DNA from: an uncultured Chthonomonadaceae bacterium
GTDB taxonomy: Bacteria > Armatimonadota > Chthonomonadetes > Chthonomonadales > CAJBBX01
Assembly (NCBI GenBank): GCA_964519955.1
Contig: CAZFLM010000002.1
Coordinates: 8,822-72,821, forward strand
Reading direction: 5' to 3'
DNA length: 64,000 bases
Below the pieces are notes generated by a model. The model made no database searches. It was not told the DNA's origin and was given only the letters and a program-made list of their open reading frames with translations. Of the stretch, positions 16,058 to 25,619 are shown one piece after another (position 1 is the first letter of the stretch; the number at the start of each line of letters is the position of its first letter). The translations under genes were made by a program, and so were the position numbers.

Positions 16058-17611
16058 ATGCTGTCGCGCTTTGGGTTGGCAAGGAACAGGCGCTTCGGAC
16101 TGTCCGTCGCGGTGGCGATGGTGGCAGTCGGCGTGACCGGTCTGCTCATCGGGCGCGTCTGGGCCCAGAACTCCCAGACGCGTCTGACGGTCAATGGCGT
16201 CACCCCCGCCATGCTGGCCGAGCGTACCGCGGTCCTGGGCCAGTTGGAGAACGGGCTGGTGGCGATTGCGGACCGCATGGAGGTGTCGCTGGTCTCCATT
16301 CGCGCCCGCCGCACGATCAAGGTCGATCAGGCGATGCCGGGCATCGGCGAGCTGTTCCGCCGGTTCGACAACGGGGATGACGAGGGCGCCCCGCAGATGC
16401 CGCAGCTTCGCATGCCGAGCATGCCTCGCCAGTTCAAGTCGGAGGCGGGCGGCAGCGGCGTCGTGGTGCGGGCAGACGGCTGGATCCTGACGAACGACCA
16501 CGTGGTCGAGGGCGCCGACAAGGTCACGGTGAAGCTGCACGACGGCCGCGAACTCGAGGGCAAGGTCTACCGCGATCACCGCAGCGACCTGGCGCTCGTG
16601 AAGATCGATGCGTCCGGCCTCATCCCGGCCGAGTTTGGCGATTCCGACAAGGTGCAGGTTGGCCAGTGGGCCATCGCTTTCGGGTCGCCGTTCTCGCTGG
16701 ACGACACGATGACGATGGGCATCATCAGCGCCCGCGCCCGGCAGAAGACGATCGCGGAGGGAGGTGACGCCCGCTTCTATCCCAGCCTTCTGCAGACGGA
16801 TGCCTCGATCAACCCCGGCAACTCGGGCGGCCCGCTGGTCGACTCCCACGGCCGCGTGATCGGCATCAACGTGGCCATCAACTCGCCGACCGGCGGCAGC
16901 GTGGGCATCGGCTTCGCGATTCCCGCGAACACCGCCGTCAACGTGGTCGGCCAGCTTATCTCCAAGGGCAAGGTCACCCGCGGCTACCTGGGTGTCGGGC
17001 CGCGCTCGCTGAAGCCCGACGAGCGAGCCGCCCTCCACGTACGCGAGGGAGGCGCCCTGGTGGAGTCGGTCGAGGAAGGCACTCCCGCCGCGAAGGCCGG
17101 CCTGCAGCCCGAGGACGTGATCCTGAAGGTGAATGGCGAGACCGTCACCGACGACATCCGCTTCCGCGACCTCATCGCCCGCGTCGACCCCGGCAAGCAG
17201 GTGAGCCTGAAGGTCATGCGGAACGGGAAGGAGATCGACGTCAACGCCAAGCTTGAGGCGGCGCCTGAGCTGCCCGGCGCCATCGTCAAGGAGAAGGACG
17301 ACGAGTCTGCTGGGGGCAAGCTCGGCCTCAAGGTCGAGTCGGTCAACGAGCAGAACCGCAAGGCGTACAAGCTGAAGGAAGGCACCGCAGGCGCGGTGAT
17401 CGTCGAGATCCAGGACAGCGGAGCCGCCGCCGATGCCGGCCTCACCGTCGGCGACGTGGTCCTGAAGGCCAATGGCGCCGACATCAAGTCGTCCGCCGAT
17501 CTGGCCGCCGCCATCAAGAACGTGAAGAGCGGCCAGCGCATCAGCATGGTCGTCCAGCGCACCGAGGGCGTGAGCACGATGAAGGTGCTGGTCGGCGTAA
17601 CGGTGCCGTAG
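16058..17611 (+). CDS. htrA: HtrA/DegP-family periplasmic serine protease with two PDZ domains
   Basis: TNDHVV, DLALVK and GNSGGPLV form the catalytic triad context, followed by two PDZ-like regions. Start trimmed to ATG 16058, with GGAGG about 9 nt upstream. Confidence 0.93.
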   Translation: MLSRFGLARNRRFGLSVAVAMVAVGVTGLLIGRVWAQNSQTRLTVNGVTPAMLAERTAVLGQLENGLVAIADRMEVSLVSIRARRTIKVDQAMPGIGELFRRFDNGDDEGAPQMPQLRMPSMPRQFKSEAGGSGVVVRADGWILTNDHVVEGADKVTVKLHDGRELEGKVYRDHRSDLALVKIDASGLIPAEFGDSDKVQVGQWAIAFGSPFSLDDTMTMGIISARARQKTIAEGGDARFYPSLLQTDASINPGNSGGPLVDSHGRVIGINVAINSPTGGSVGIGFAIPANTAVNVVGQLISKGKVTRGYLGVGPRSLKPDERAALHVREGGALVESVEEGTPAAKAGLQPEDVILKVNGETVTDDIRFRDLIARVDPGKQVSLKVMRNGKEIDVNAKLEAAPELPGAIVKEKDDESAGGKLGLKVESVNEQNRKAYKLKEGTAGAVIVEIQDSGAAADAGLTVGDVVLKANGADIKSSADLAAAIKNVKSGQRISMVVQRTEGVSTMKVLVGVTVP

Positions 17612-17629
17612 TGCAGGAGTAGCCCAGCG

Positions 17630-17679
17630 GGACGCGTCGCGCCCTGGTTCCGGCCGAGTGCTGGAACCAGGGCGCGTCC
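17630..17679 (+). terminator. Strong GC hairpin after htrA (no U-tract)
   Basis: GCGCCCTGGTTCC (17639-17651), 11-nt loop, GGAACCAGGGCGC (17663-17675), with partial outer extension. Confidence 0.6.
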
Positions 17680-17689
17680 GTATTGGGGG

Positions 17690-18161
17690 GCGGAGCGCCG
17701 CCACGGGAAGGGTTAAGCAATCGCGGCCAGCGGTGGCGGTGGAGCTAGTCCAGCCGCGCGATTGCTTAACCTCTACGGTTGACCCGGCGCGCCGCCTCTC
17801 GCCATGCGTAGGGGCAGAGCATTCGCGCGCAGGGCCACCTACCGCGCCAGCGTGGGTCGCGAATGCTGTGCCCTGCCGTCGGCCGGTGCGCCGCCAAGGG
17901 AAGGGTTAAGCAATCGCGGCCAACGGTGCGCGCGAAGGCACTCTCGCCCCGCGATTGCTTAACCCCTACGGTTGACCCGGCGCGCCGCCTCTCGCCATGC
18001 GTAGGGGCAGAGCATTCGCGCGCAGGGCCACCTACCGCGCCAGCGTGGGTCGCGAATGCTGTGCCCTGCCGTCGGCCGGTGCGCCGCCAAGGGAAGGGTT
18101 AAGCAATCGCGGCCAACGGTGCGCGCGAAGGCACTCTCGCCCCGCGATTGCTTAACCCCTA
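17690..18161. repeat. 193-bp tandem array (about 2.4 copies) of alternating hairpin modules X and Y
   Basis: X = GGGTTAAGCAATCGCGG-loop-CCGCGATTGCTTAACCC at 17710-17771, 17903-17965 and 18096-18158. Y = GGGCAGAGCATTCGCG-30 nt-CGCGAATGCTGTGCCC at 17812-17873 and 18005-18066. The + ORFs 17658.., 17863.. and 18056.. are repeat shadows. Confidence 0.9.
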
Positions 18162-19250
18162 CTTCCGCTTCCCGTGCGCAGGCTTCCCCGCCGTGTGCTT
18201 CTTCGCGGGCGTCTTCGCCTTCTTCGCCACGCCGGGCGGCGGACCGTCGGGGTATACCACCAGGCGCGCGCCCTCCAGCCGGGCCGGGTTGATGAGCTTG
18301 GCCGCCCATGACGGCACCGTCACGACGTTCGGGTCTCCGTCGCTGACGTAGGGGCGCATTCCGCGCGCCATGCTGAGGTTGCGGATCAGGCGCTCGATCT
18401 CGCCGGGGTCGGCGCCGGTGCGCGTCACGTACGTGGCGTCGAACTTGCGGTGCGTCGCGGGATAGGTCGGCCCGCCCCAGGCCTCCAGCAGGCACCGGTT
18501 CTGATAGACGGTGCCGCCCTGCTCGCCCCGCATCAACGCGTCGCGACCGCCGGACACGCGCGGGTAGCCGCCATACGGCACGCAGAACGTGTCCATCGTG
18601 GCCCGCGGCTCCAGCTTGCGCACGTAGCGAACGCACTCCGCCACTTCCTTCCGGAGCTGCTCAACGCTCATGCGCATCAGAAACCGGTGCGTCGTCGAGT
18701 GGTTGCCGACCTCGTAGCCCGCCTGCACCAGGTAGGCGAGCTTCTGCCTCTCCTTGCCGCGCTGCCAGAACGGGACCGGGTTGTAGCTGGATCGGGGCAG
18801 CACGTAGAAGCTGGCGCGGCGCGGCCAGTCCGGGTGGGTCGCGCTGAACGTGTCCAGGATGCCGACCGCGCAGTCCGGATCCACCTGACCGCTCGGTAGC
18901 AGGCGGAGCTGCGAGCCGCGCGCATCGTCGAACGTGATGACGACGGGCGTCTTGCCCGCGGGCACGGCCAGCCTCGCCGTCAGCGCGTCGCGCATGTTCA
19001 CCGGGTACCAGCCGGCCTCCCACATCAGCTCCAATTGGCGGCGAAACGTGTCGGGCGAGATGTTCAGGCCGCGCTTGTCGTACCTCATCGGCGCCCCGCC
19101 GCTCCGCTCGCCCACCGAATGGTACATGAGCACCGGGATGAGCCCGACCTCGTTCGGCTTGCGCTGGCCTGCGACGGGACTGCCGAGCGCGGCGCCGCAC
19201 GCCGAGAGGGCCAATGCCGCGGATACGATGTGCCGGTAGGGCCTGAACAT
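18159..19250 (-). CDS. Polysaccharide deacetylase (CE4-type) with basic C-terminal tail
   Basis: Signal peptide, then VVITFDDARGS and GNHSTTH motifs typical of the NodB/CE4 fold. The tail is KKAKTPAKKHTAGKPAHGKRK. Confidence 0.85.
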   Translation of the reverse strand: MFRPYRHIVSAALALSACGAALGSPVAGQRKPNEVGLIPVLMYHSVGERSGGAPMRYDKRGLNISPDTFRRQLELMWEAGWYPVNMRDALTARLAVPAGKTPVVITFDDARGSQLRLLPSGQVDPDCAVGILDTFSATHPDWPRRASFYVLPRSSYNPVPFWQRGKERQKLAYLVQAGYEVGNHSTTHRFLMRMSVEQLRKEVAECVRYVRKLEPRATMDTFCVPYGGYPRVSGGRDALMRGEQGGTVYQNRCLLEAWGGPTYPATHRKFDATYVTRTGADPGEIERLIRNLSMARGMRPYVSDGDPNVVTVPSWAAKLINPARLEGARLVVYPDGPPPGVAKKAKTPAKKHTAGKPAHGKRK

Positions 19251-19400
19251 GGGTGTAGACTCCTGTTGGGACTGCGTGCAGAGAGGACCGCGCCGCGTTC
19301 AGTTGGCGAGGCAGCGCCCCGTTTCCTGCTCGCGGCGGCCGTTCCGCGCAACCCGGAAGGCCGCTCGCCCGTAGTCATCCGCGGAGGGAGTGAACGCGAT

Positions 19401-20684
19401 ATGCCCGTTGACGAGAGAGCGACCGAGTGGATCGAGAAGGGCCTGGCCCGCTCGCGCGCCGACGACTGGCCCGGCGCCGTCGAGGCGTTCCGGCGCGCGT
19501 CCTCCCTCGATACGAACAGCGTCGAGGCGCGGTTCCGAGTCGCTTGGGCGCTCTGGAACCTGTCGGAGACGCGCAAGCCGTCTGTGGCCGACCTCGCGCT
19601 GGGCTACGGCGCGCAGCTTCTGGGCTTCGAGCCGCTCGCACGCGATCGGAGGCGCAAGTTCCAGGCGCACCGCAAGATGCTGCGAGAGTGCGTCCACTGG
19701 TTCCGCGAGACGCTGGCGCTCGACCCCAAGCACGCGCGCGCCCACTACCACCTCGCCCAGGCCCTGCGGGAGCTGGGCTACAAGGACGAGGCCGCCGAGA
19801 CCGCCAAGAAGGCTTCCGAGCTGGACCCGCGCAACCAGCGCTACGCCTCGCTCGTCAGCACCTACACGCAGGACGGCACGCCGCGCCTCTACGAGCCGGC
19901 CCGCACCGACGAGCAGGCCGCGCGGCTCTCGTGGGACGACCTGGTCCTCGATCCGAAGGTCAAACGCGAGCTGCGACAGATGCAGCTCATGCTGGAGAAG
20001 CCCGACCTGGCGCACGAACTGGGCATCCAGACGCCCACAGGCATTCTGCTGCGCGGCGCCCCCGGCACGGGCAAGACCACCATCGCGCGGATCCTGGCGA
20101 ACGAGGCCAGGTGCCGGTTCTTCTCCATCACTCCGGCCGACATCAACCAGATGTACGTGGGCGAGTCGGAGAAGCGTGTCAAGGAGCTGTTCGAGCGGGC
20201 GCGGGCCGAGGCGCCGTCCATCATCTTCATCGACGAGATCGACGCGCTGCTGCCCTCGCGCCAAGGCGGCGTCGCCATCCACTCCGACAAGGTGGTGAAC
20301 CAGTTCCTGCAGGAGATGGACGGCATGACACCCAACCACCGGGTCTTCCTGGTCGGCGCCACCAACCGGCCGGACATGCTGGACCAGGCCGTGCGGCGGG
20401 GTGGCCGGCTCTCCCGCGAGATCGAGATCCCGCTGCCCTCCGAGGCGGCCCGCGGCGAGCTGCTCGCCCTCTTCACCAAGGGAGTGCCCCTCGCCGACGA
20501 CGTCGACCTGGCTGCACTCGCTACCAAGACCGAGGGCTACTCCGGCGCCGACCTGCGAGCCGTGGTGAACGAGGCGGGCCTGCAGGCGCTCATCCGCATT
20601 GCCGACCTCGGCGAGACCGCCGAGACGAAGCACCTGACCGCGGCCGACTTCGGCGAGGCGGTGGCGAACCTGGACGAAACCTGA
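19401..20684 (+). CDS. AAA-family ATPase (classic CDC48/FtsH-type AAA module) with N-terminal TPR-like region
   Basis: Walker A GAPGTGKTT, Walker B IIFIDEIDAL and the second region of homology ATNRPDMLD. Start trimmed from 19035 to ATG 19401, with GGAGGGAG upstream. Confidence 0.9.
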   Translation: MPVDERATEWIEKGLARSRADDWPGAVEAFRRASSLDTNSVEARFRVAWALWNLSETRKPSVADLALGYGAQLLGFEPLARDRRRKFQAHRKMLRECVHWFRETLALDPKHARAHYHLAQALRELGYKDEAAETAKKASELDPRNQRYASLVSTYTQDGTPRLYEPARTDEQAARLSWDDLVLDPKVKRELRQMQLMLEKPDLAHELGIQTPTGILLRGAPGTGKTTIARILANEARCRFFSITPADINQMYVGESEKRVKELFERARAEAPSIIFIDEIDALLPSRQGGVAIHSDKVVNQFLQEMDGMTPNHRVFLVGATNRPDMLDQAVRRGGRLSREIEIPLPSEAARGELLALFTKGVPLADDVDLAALATKTEGYSGADLRAVVNEAGLQALIRIADLGETAETKHLTAADFGEAVANLDET

Positions 20685-20809
20685 CGGGTGCGGCGCAAGG
20701 AACTCACCGTCTCGCGCGCCCGTCCTAACTAAGAGAAGCCGCATCGCGCGGCCTCGCACGGCCTGGCCGCGTGCCCGTGTCGGATCGGCCAGTGAACAGG
20801 AGTGAAGTG

Positions 20810-21940
20810 ATGACGAAGACACATGGAGCGACCGGTCTGGCAGCCCTGCTCGCGGCCACGGCCGTCCTGATGCCCGCGCGATCGAGCGCCGCGCCCGAGA
20901 CGCGCAAGATCGCGCTGCCCGTGGGCACCGTAGTGCCGGTGCGCCTCGACAAGCCACTCAGCAGCAAGACCGCGATGGCGGGCGACCATTTCACCGCCAC
21001 AGTGCGCACCGGCCGCGACGACGCCGACCTACCGACCGGCACGCGCGTCGAGGGCGTTGTCCGCGAGGCACTCGCCTGCGCCAAGAACAAGCCGGGCGTC
21101 CTCGACCTCGACTTCCGGCGCATCGTCTTCCCGAACGGCCAGAAGGCCACGCTCGACGCCAGCCTCATCTCGCTGGACGCCAAAGCGGTGAAGCGCAGCG
21201 AGTCGGGCCGCCTCGTCGCCTCGACGGACAAGGGCAAGGACCGCCTGAAGTTCATCGGCATCGGCGCGGGCGCGGGCCTGGTCATCGGCTCGATCTTCAA
21301 GGGCAACGCGATCCAGAACACGCTGATGGGCGCGGCGGCCGGGTACCTGTATAACGAGCTGAAGAAGGACAAGCCCAGCGACGTGACGCTGAAGCAGGGC
21401 GCGGAGTTCGGGGTGCGCCTGGAGCGCTCCGTCGGCTTCACGACCAACGAGGCGCCGCACGCGACCAACGCGCCCGAGGATGACCGCTACTACAAGCCGG
21501 GCGGCGGCGCGGCCGATCGCCGGGCTGCTGAGGGCGACCGCGAGCCGACGAAGGACTCCGGGGACGAGAAGCCTGCGGCGCGCGAAGCCGCGGGCGACAT
21601 CGGCGTGCTGATCGACGACCAGGACGTGGCGCTCGGCAAGACGAGACCAGTGGTGCGGGACGGCTCGGTGCTGGTGCCCCTGGAGCCGCTGGCCAAGGCG
21701 GCCGGCCTCCAGTACAACTATGACGCGACCGAGCGCCTCGTGTCCGCCTCCAACGGGACCGCGAAGATGGGCATCGGCAGCCGCATCGCCGTGGTGCGCG
21801 GCGCTCGCAAGCGGCTGGACTGCTCGCCCGAGATGCGCGACGGCAAGCTCTACGTGCCCATGCAGTTCTTCGCGCTGGCCCTCGGCGGGAGCGCGCAGTG
21901 GGACGAGACGAGCCGCACGGTGGTGATCACCACGAAGTAA
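20810..21940 (+). CDS. Secreted protein: N-terminal beta-rich region, glycine-zipper segment, C-terminal copper-amine-oxidase-N-like 'stalk' domain
   Basis: Signal peptide MTKTHGATGLAALLAATAVLMPARSSA. Glycine zipper GIGAGAGLVIGSIF. The C-terminus ...VLVPLEPLAKAAGLQYNYD...KLYVPMQFFALALGGSAQWDE resembles stalk domains. Confidence 0.8.
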   Translation: MTKTHGATGLAALLAATAVLMPARSSAAPETRKIALPVGTVVPVRLDKPLSSKTAMAGDHFTATVRTGRDDADLPTGTRVEGVVREALACAKNKPGVLDLDFRRIVFPNGQKATLDASLISLDAKAVKRSESGRLVASTDKGKDRLKFIGIGAGAGLVIGSIFKGNAIQNTLMGAAAGYLYNELKKDKPSDVTLKQGAEFGVRLERSVGFTTNEAPHATNAPEDDRYYKPGGGAADRRAAEGDREPTKDSGDEKPAAREAAGDIGVLIDDQDVALGKTRPVVRDGSVLVPLEPLAKAAGLQYNYDATERLVSASNGTAKMGIGSRIAVVRGARKRLDCSPEMRDGKLYVPMQFFALALGGSAQWDETSRTVVITTK

Positions 21941-21942
21941 GC

Positions 21943-22005
21943 AACGGCAGCCTGAACAGCAGCGGGGCGCCTCGGCAACAAGCCTGGGGGCGCCCCGCTG
22001 CCGTT
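21943..22005. terminator. Hairpin between convergent genes
   Basis: CAGCGGGGCGCC (21960-21971) pairs with GGCGCCCCGCTG (21989-22000). An outer AACGG/CCGTT extension is possible. Confidence 0.55.
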
Positions 22006-22116
22006 TGGCCAACCGGCCTCTGAGCGACACAGGACGGGCACGGAGGCCCATCCCACCGAGCAGAACGCTCCGCCATGGACCGCCGGCGCCCTCGCCGGCA
22101 ACGCCGGAGCCCGCCG

Positions 22117-22986
22117 CTACGCGTTCAGCCGCTCGCCCCAGAGGAGGCGCTTGCGGACCTTCTGGTAGAACGTGGAGCGCCGCACCGCCACGATGCGCGT
22201 GGAGCGGGCCGCCCGCCGGATGTCGACGCGGTCGCCGGACGCGAGCGGGAACACCTGCGTGCTGTCCGACATGAAGAGCACCTCGCCGTCCTCGATCTCC
22301 ACGGTCACGGAGACGGTCTCGTCGGCGGGCACGATGAGCGGGCGCGCGGCCAGCGTGTGCGGGCAGATGGGCACCACCACGAGCGCCTGCACGGTCGGCT
22401 CCACGAGCGGGCCGCCGGCCGAGAGCGCATAGGCGGTCGAGCCGGTCGGGGTGGCCACGATGACGCCGTCGGCCGGGTAGCGCACGACCGGGTCGCCGCC
22501 GAACGAGGTGCGCAGGTGCAGCAGCCGCGCCATCGTGCCCTTGTTGATCACGACATCGTTCAGCCCGGTAGCGGTGTGGACGACCTCGCCGCCTCGCACC
22601 ACCTCGCCCTGCACCATCATCCGCTCTTCCAGCCTGGCGCGCCCGGCGAGCAGGTCGTCGAGGTGCTTCTGCACATCGTTGGGGTGCGACTCCGCGATGA
22701 AGCCGAAGCGCCCCATGTGCACGCCGAGGATGGGCACGCCGGTGCAAGCCGCCAACCGGCTCGCCGCCAGGATGGTGCCGTCGCCACCCAGCGTGATGAG
22801 GAGGTCGAGCTCGGCAAGCTCTTCGTCGCTCGCGGCAAGCTCGGGCCGCCCGACCTCCGTCGCCGACCCCGCGTCCAGGCGCACGCCGATGCCGCGCTCC
22901 TCCAGCCAGGCGACGACGCGCGGCGCGAACGCGATCGCCTCGCTCTTGTCGTGGTTGGTAATGAGTCCGACGGCGTGCAGATCCAT
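22117..22986 (-). CDS. nadK: NAD kinase
   Basis: MDLHAVGLITNH...LLITLGGDGTIL...TPTGSTAYALSAGGP carries the hallmark NAD kinase motifs. Start trimmed to ATG 22986. Confidence 0.93.
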   Translation of the reverse strand: MDLHAVGLITNHDKSEAIAFAPRVVAWLEERGIGVRLDAGSATEVGRPELAASDEELAELDLLITLGGDGTILAASRLAACTGVPILGVHMGRFGFIAESHPNDVQKHLDDLLAGRARLEERMMVQGEVVRGGEVVHTATGLNDVVINKGTMARLLHLRTSFGGDPVVRYPADGVIVATPTGSTAYALSAGGPLVEPTVQALVVVPICPHTLAARPLIVPADETVSVTVEIEDGEVLFMSDSTQVFPLASGDRVDIRRAARSTRIVAVRRSTFYQKVRKRLLWGERLNA

Positions 22987-23164
22987 GTGCGGCTCCGATC
23001 GACAGCAGGTCCGCCCATTATGCGGCGCGAGCGGGCATCTGTCAATGCAGCGCGTCACTCCGCGGAATAGCAGGAACCGCCCCCCTGCCGCGCGTCACAC
23101 GCACGCGACTGAGAGCGCACCGGTGCAGCATCCGGGCCTCACAGGGCGGCACGGCGAGCCCGCG

Positions 23165-23206
23165 CCAGCACCCAGCACCCGACACCCAGCACCCGACACC
23201 GGGCCC
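23165..23206 (-). repeat. G-rich tandem 14-mer tract on the transcribed strand just after the dehydrogenase stop
   Basis: Plus strand reads CCAGCACCCAGCACCCGACACCCAGCACCCGACACCGGGCCC. The minus strand therefore reads GGTGTCGGGTGCTGG repeated. Confidence 0.7.
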
Positions 23207-23210
23207 GCGC

Positions 23211-24488
23211 CTACAGGCTCCAGTACACCACCGGCGGCAGCTTGGACCGATCGAGCATCGACCGGACATCCACCACTACTCCACCCATGCGCACGCCACC
23301 CAGGAGCTTCTCGACGGGCATGCCCTTGTACGCCTGATGCGGGACGGCGATGATGATGGCGTCGAGCTTGGTCATCTCCTCCCAGGGAGTGAGGCGGATG
23401 CCGTACTCGTGCTCGCACTCGGCGGGGTCGGCCATGGGGTCGTGGACGATGGGCGTCGCGCCGAATTGCGTCAACTCGGAGATGATGTCCGGCACGCGGC
23501 TATTGCGGATATCCGGCACATCCTCCTTGAACGTGATGCCGAACACGCCAATACGCGCACGCAGGATGCCGACTCCGTTCTGCACGAGCAGCTTCACCGT
23601 GCGCTGCGCCACGTACGCGCCCATGCTGTCGTTCAGGCGGCGCCCCGATAGGATCACCTCTGGGTGGTAGCCGAGCTGCTCGGCCTTCGCGGTGAGGTAG
23701 TACGGGTCGACGCCGATGCAGTGGCCGCCGACCAAGCCGGGAGAGAATCGAAGGAAGTTCCACTTGGTTCTCGCCGCTTCGAGAACGTCGCGCGTGGCGA
23801 TGCCCAGGCGGTCGCAGATGAGGGCCAGCTCGTTCATCAGGGCGATGTTCACGTCGCGCTGCGTGTTCTCCAACACCTTCGCTGCCTCTGCCACCCGGAT
23901 GGAGGGCGCCCGGTGCACCCCGGCGGGGATGGCCGAGCCGTAGGCAGCCGCGACGCGCTCCAGCGTCTCCGCGTCCTCGCCGGACACCACCTTGACGATG
24001 CGGTCGATGGTATGCTCGCGGTCGCCCGGGTTAATCCGCTCCGGCGAGTAGCCCAGCTTGAAGTCGACACCCTGCGTCAGGCCGGATTCGCGCGCCAGGA
24101 TCGGCCCACACACCTCCTCGGTCACGCCGGGGTAGACCGTCGACTCGTAGCAGACCACCGCGCCCTTCGACAGGTGGCGCCCCACGGTCGTCGAGGCGCC
24201 GACGAGCGGCGAGAGGTCGGGCTGGTTCCCCTCGTCGATGGGGGTCGGCACCGCCACCACGATGAACGTCGCGCTGCGCAGCTCCTCGGGGTCGCTGGTG
24301 AAGCGGATGTCGACCGCCTTCAGGCCTTCCTCGCTGACCTCGCCGGTGCTGTCCTTCCCCGCGCGCAGCTCATCCACCCGGCTCTGCTTGATGTCGAAGC
24401 CGATCGTCCCAGGGTGCTTCCGCGCGAACGCCAGCGCGACCGGCAGCCCGACGTAGCCCAGCCCTACAACCGCGACCTTCTCGCTCAT
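23211..24488 (-). CDS. Nucleotide-sugar dehydrogenase (UDP-glucose/GDP-mannose dehydrogenase family, UDP-N-acetyl-hexosamine type)
   Basis: MSEKVAVVGLGYVGLPVALAF (Rossmann) and GGHCIGVDPYY (catalytic Cys). Only the last 425 codons of the 1231-aa track ORF are real. GGGAGAGG lies upstream of ATG 24488. Confidence 0.93.
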   Translation of the reverse strand: MSEKVAVVGLGYVGLPVALAFARKHPGTIGFDIKQSRVDELRAGKDSTGEVSEEGLKAVDIRFTSDPEELRSATFIVVAVPTPIDEGNQPDLSPLVGASTTVGRHLSKGAVVCYESTVYPGVTEEVCGPILARESGLTQGVDFKLGYSPERINPGDREHTIDRIVKVVSGEDAETLERVAAAYGSAIPAGVHRAPSIRVAEAAKVLENTQRDVNIALMNELALICDRLGIATRDVLEAARTKWNFLRFSPGLVGGHCIGVDPYYLTAKAEQLGYHPEVILSGRRLNDSMGAYVAQRTVKLLVQNGVGILRARIGVFGITFKEDVPDIRNSRVPDIISELTQFGATPIVHDPMADPAECEHEYGIRLTPWEEMTKLDAIIIAVPHQAYKGMPVEKLLGGVRMGGVVVDVRSMLDRSKLPPVVYWSL

Positions 24489-24596
24489 CCGTTGCCTCTC
24501 CCGTTCCGCCATCGTGAACACCGTCCGCGCAGGAACCAGCCGGCGCGAAGGTGAACTTGCGCACAACCCACCCATCACCCTCGACAGGAGGCTCCG

Positions 24597-25619
24597 ATGC
24601 GCACGCTCACCTACATTATGGCCGCCATGCTGCTCTCGGTCAGCGCGTTCGCCCAACCGCCCGCAGCCAGGGCACGCGCCGAGAAGCCGATCGTCGTCAA
24701 GGTGCTGAGCCTCAACTTCGAACCGATCATCCCGCAAGAAGGCGGCAAGCGCCTGCACGAGGTGTGCGGATGGAACGATCCGCACAAGCTGGCGGAGGGC
24801 TACATCGCCGACATCGCCGAGGCCTCGCGCGGGCTCGTGCGCTACAAGGTCGTCGAGTGGAAGGACATCGACACCTTCCACACCAAGATCGATGGGTTCA
24901 CCTATACGCCGGAGAGCTACCTGGCGGCGTGGCGCTCCCGGAAGGGCTTCCACGACCCCGATACGGCCGACTACCCGAAGACGTTCCGCGACTACAACGT
25001 GCTGCCGCGCGTGAACAAGGGGGACATCGACGAGGTCTGGTTCTTCGGAGCGCCCTACTTCGGCTACAACGAGTCCGCCATGGCCGGCCCGCGCGCGTTC
25101 TACGTGAACGGCGAGGTGTACGACAAGGTACCGAGCAAGCGCCCGTTCGTCATCATGGGCTTCAACTACGAGCGCGGCGTCGCGGAGATGGTGCACGACC
25201 TCTGCCACCGCACCGAGAGCACGATGTCGCGCGTCTACGGCGGCTGGAAGGTCGAGGAGCTGACGACGAACTGGGCCCGGTTCGCCGCCAACTTCGCGCA
25301 GTCCGGCGGAGTCGCCGCGTGCGGCACCTGCCACTGGCCGCCGAACGCCGAGAAGGACTACGACTACGCCAACCCACGCACGGTGCAGTCCTCCGCCGAC
25401 GACTGGCTCACCTACCCGAAGCTGGCCGGCGCGAAGAAGCCCGTCAGCCGCGCAACCTGGGGCGGCCCCGACTACCAGCGCAACTACCTCAAGTGGTGGT
25501 TCGCCCACCTCCCCCACGCCCCCGGCGTCAACGCCGACGGCCGCCTCAACAACTGGTGGCGCTACGTCTTCCAGTTCGACGCGTACGACGAGGCGGGGAA
25601 GGTCAAGGCAAAGAGGTGA
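24597..25619 (+). CDS. Secreted conserved-looking hypothetical protein (Cys/His-containing motifs HDLCHRTE and CGTCHWPPN)
   Basis: 340-aa ORF with AGGAGG upstream, a signal peptide and protein-like composition. I recognise no family. Confidence 0.75.
   Translation: MRTLTYIMAAMLLSVSAFAQPPAARARAEKPIVVKVLSLNFEPIIPQEGGKRLHEVCGWNDPHKLAEGYIADIAEASRGLVRYKVVEWKDIDTFHTKIDGFTYTPESYLAAWRSRKGFHDPDTADYPKTFRDYNVLPRVNKGDIDEVWFFGAPYFGYNESAMAGPRAFYVNGEVYDKVPSKRPFVIMGFNYERGVAEMVHDLCHRTESTMSRVYGGWKVEELTTNWARFAANFAQSGGVAACGTCHWPPNAEKDYDYANPRTVQSSADDWLTYPKLAGAKKPVSRATWGGPDYQRNYLKWWFAHLPHAPGVNADGRLNNWWRYVFQFDAYDEAGKVKAKR

Noticed and set aside
17710-18158. Integron attC sites: the X arms contain GTTAAGC (fits GTTRRRY) and GCTTAAC (fits RYYYAAC)
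   Set aside because: The core orientation is inverted relative to attC (RYYYAAC should be at the 5' end). The stems are perfect with no extrahelical bases, no cassettes lie between copies and there is no intI.
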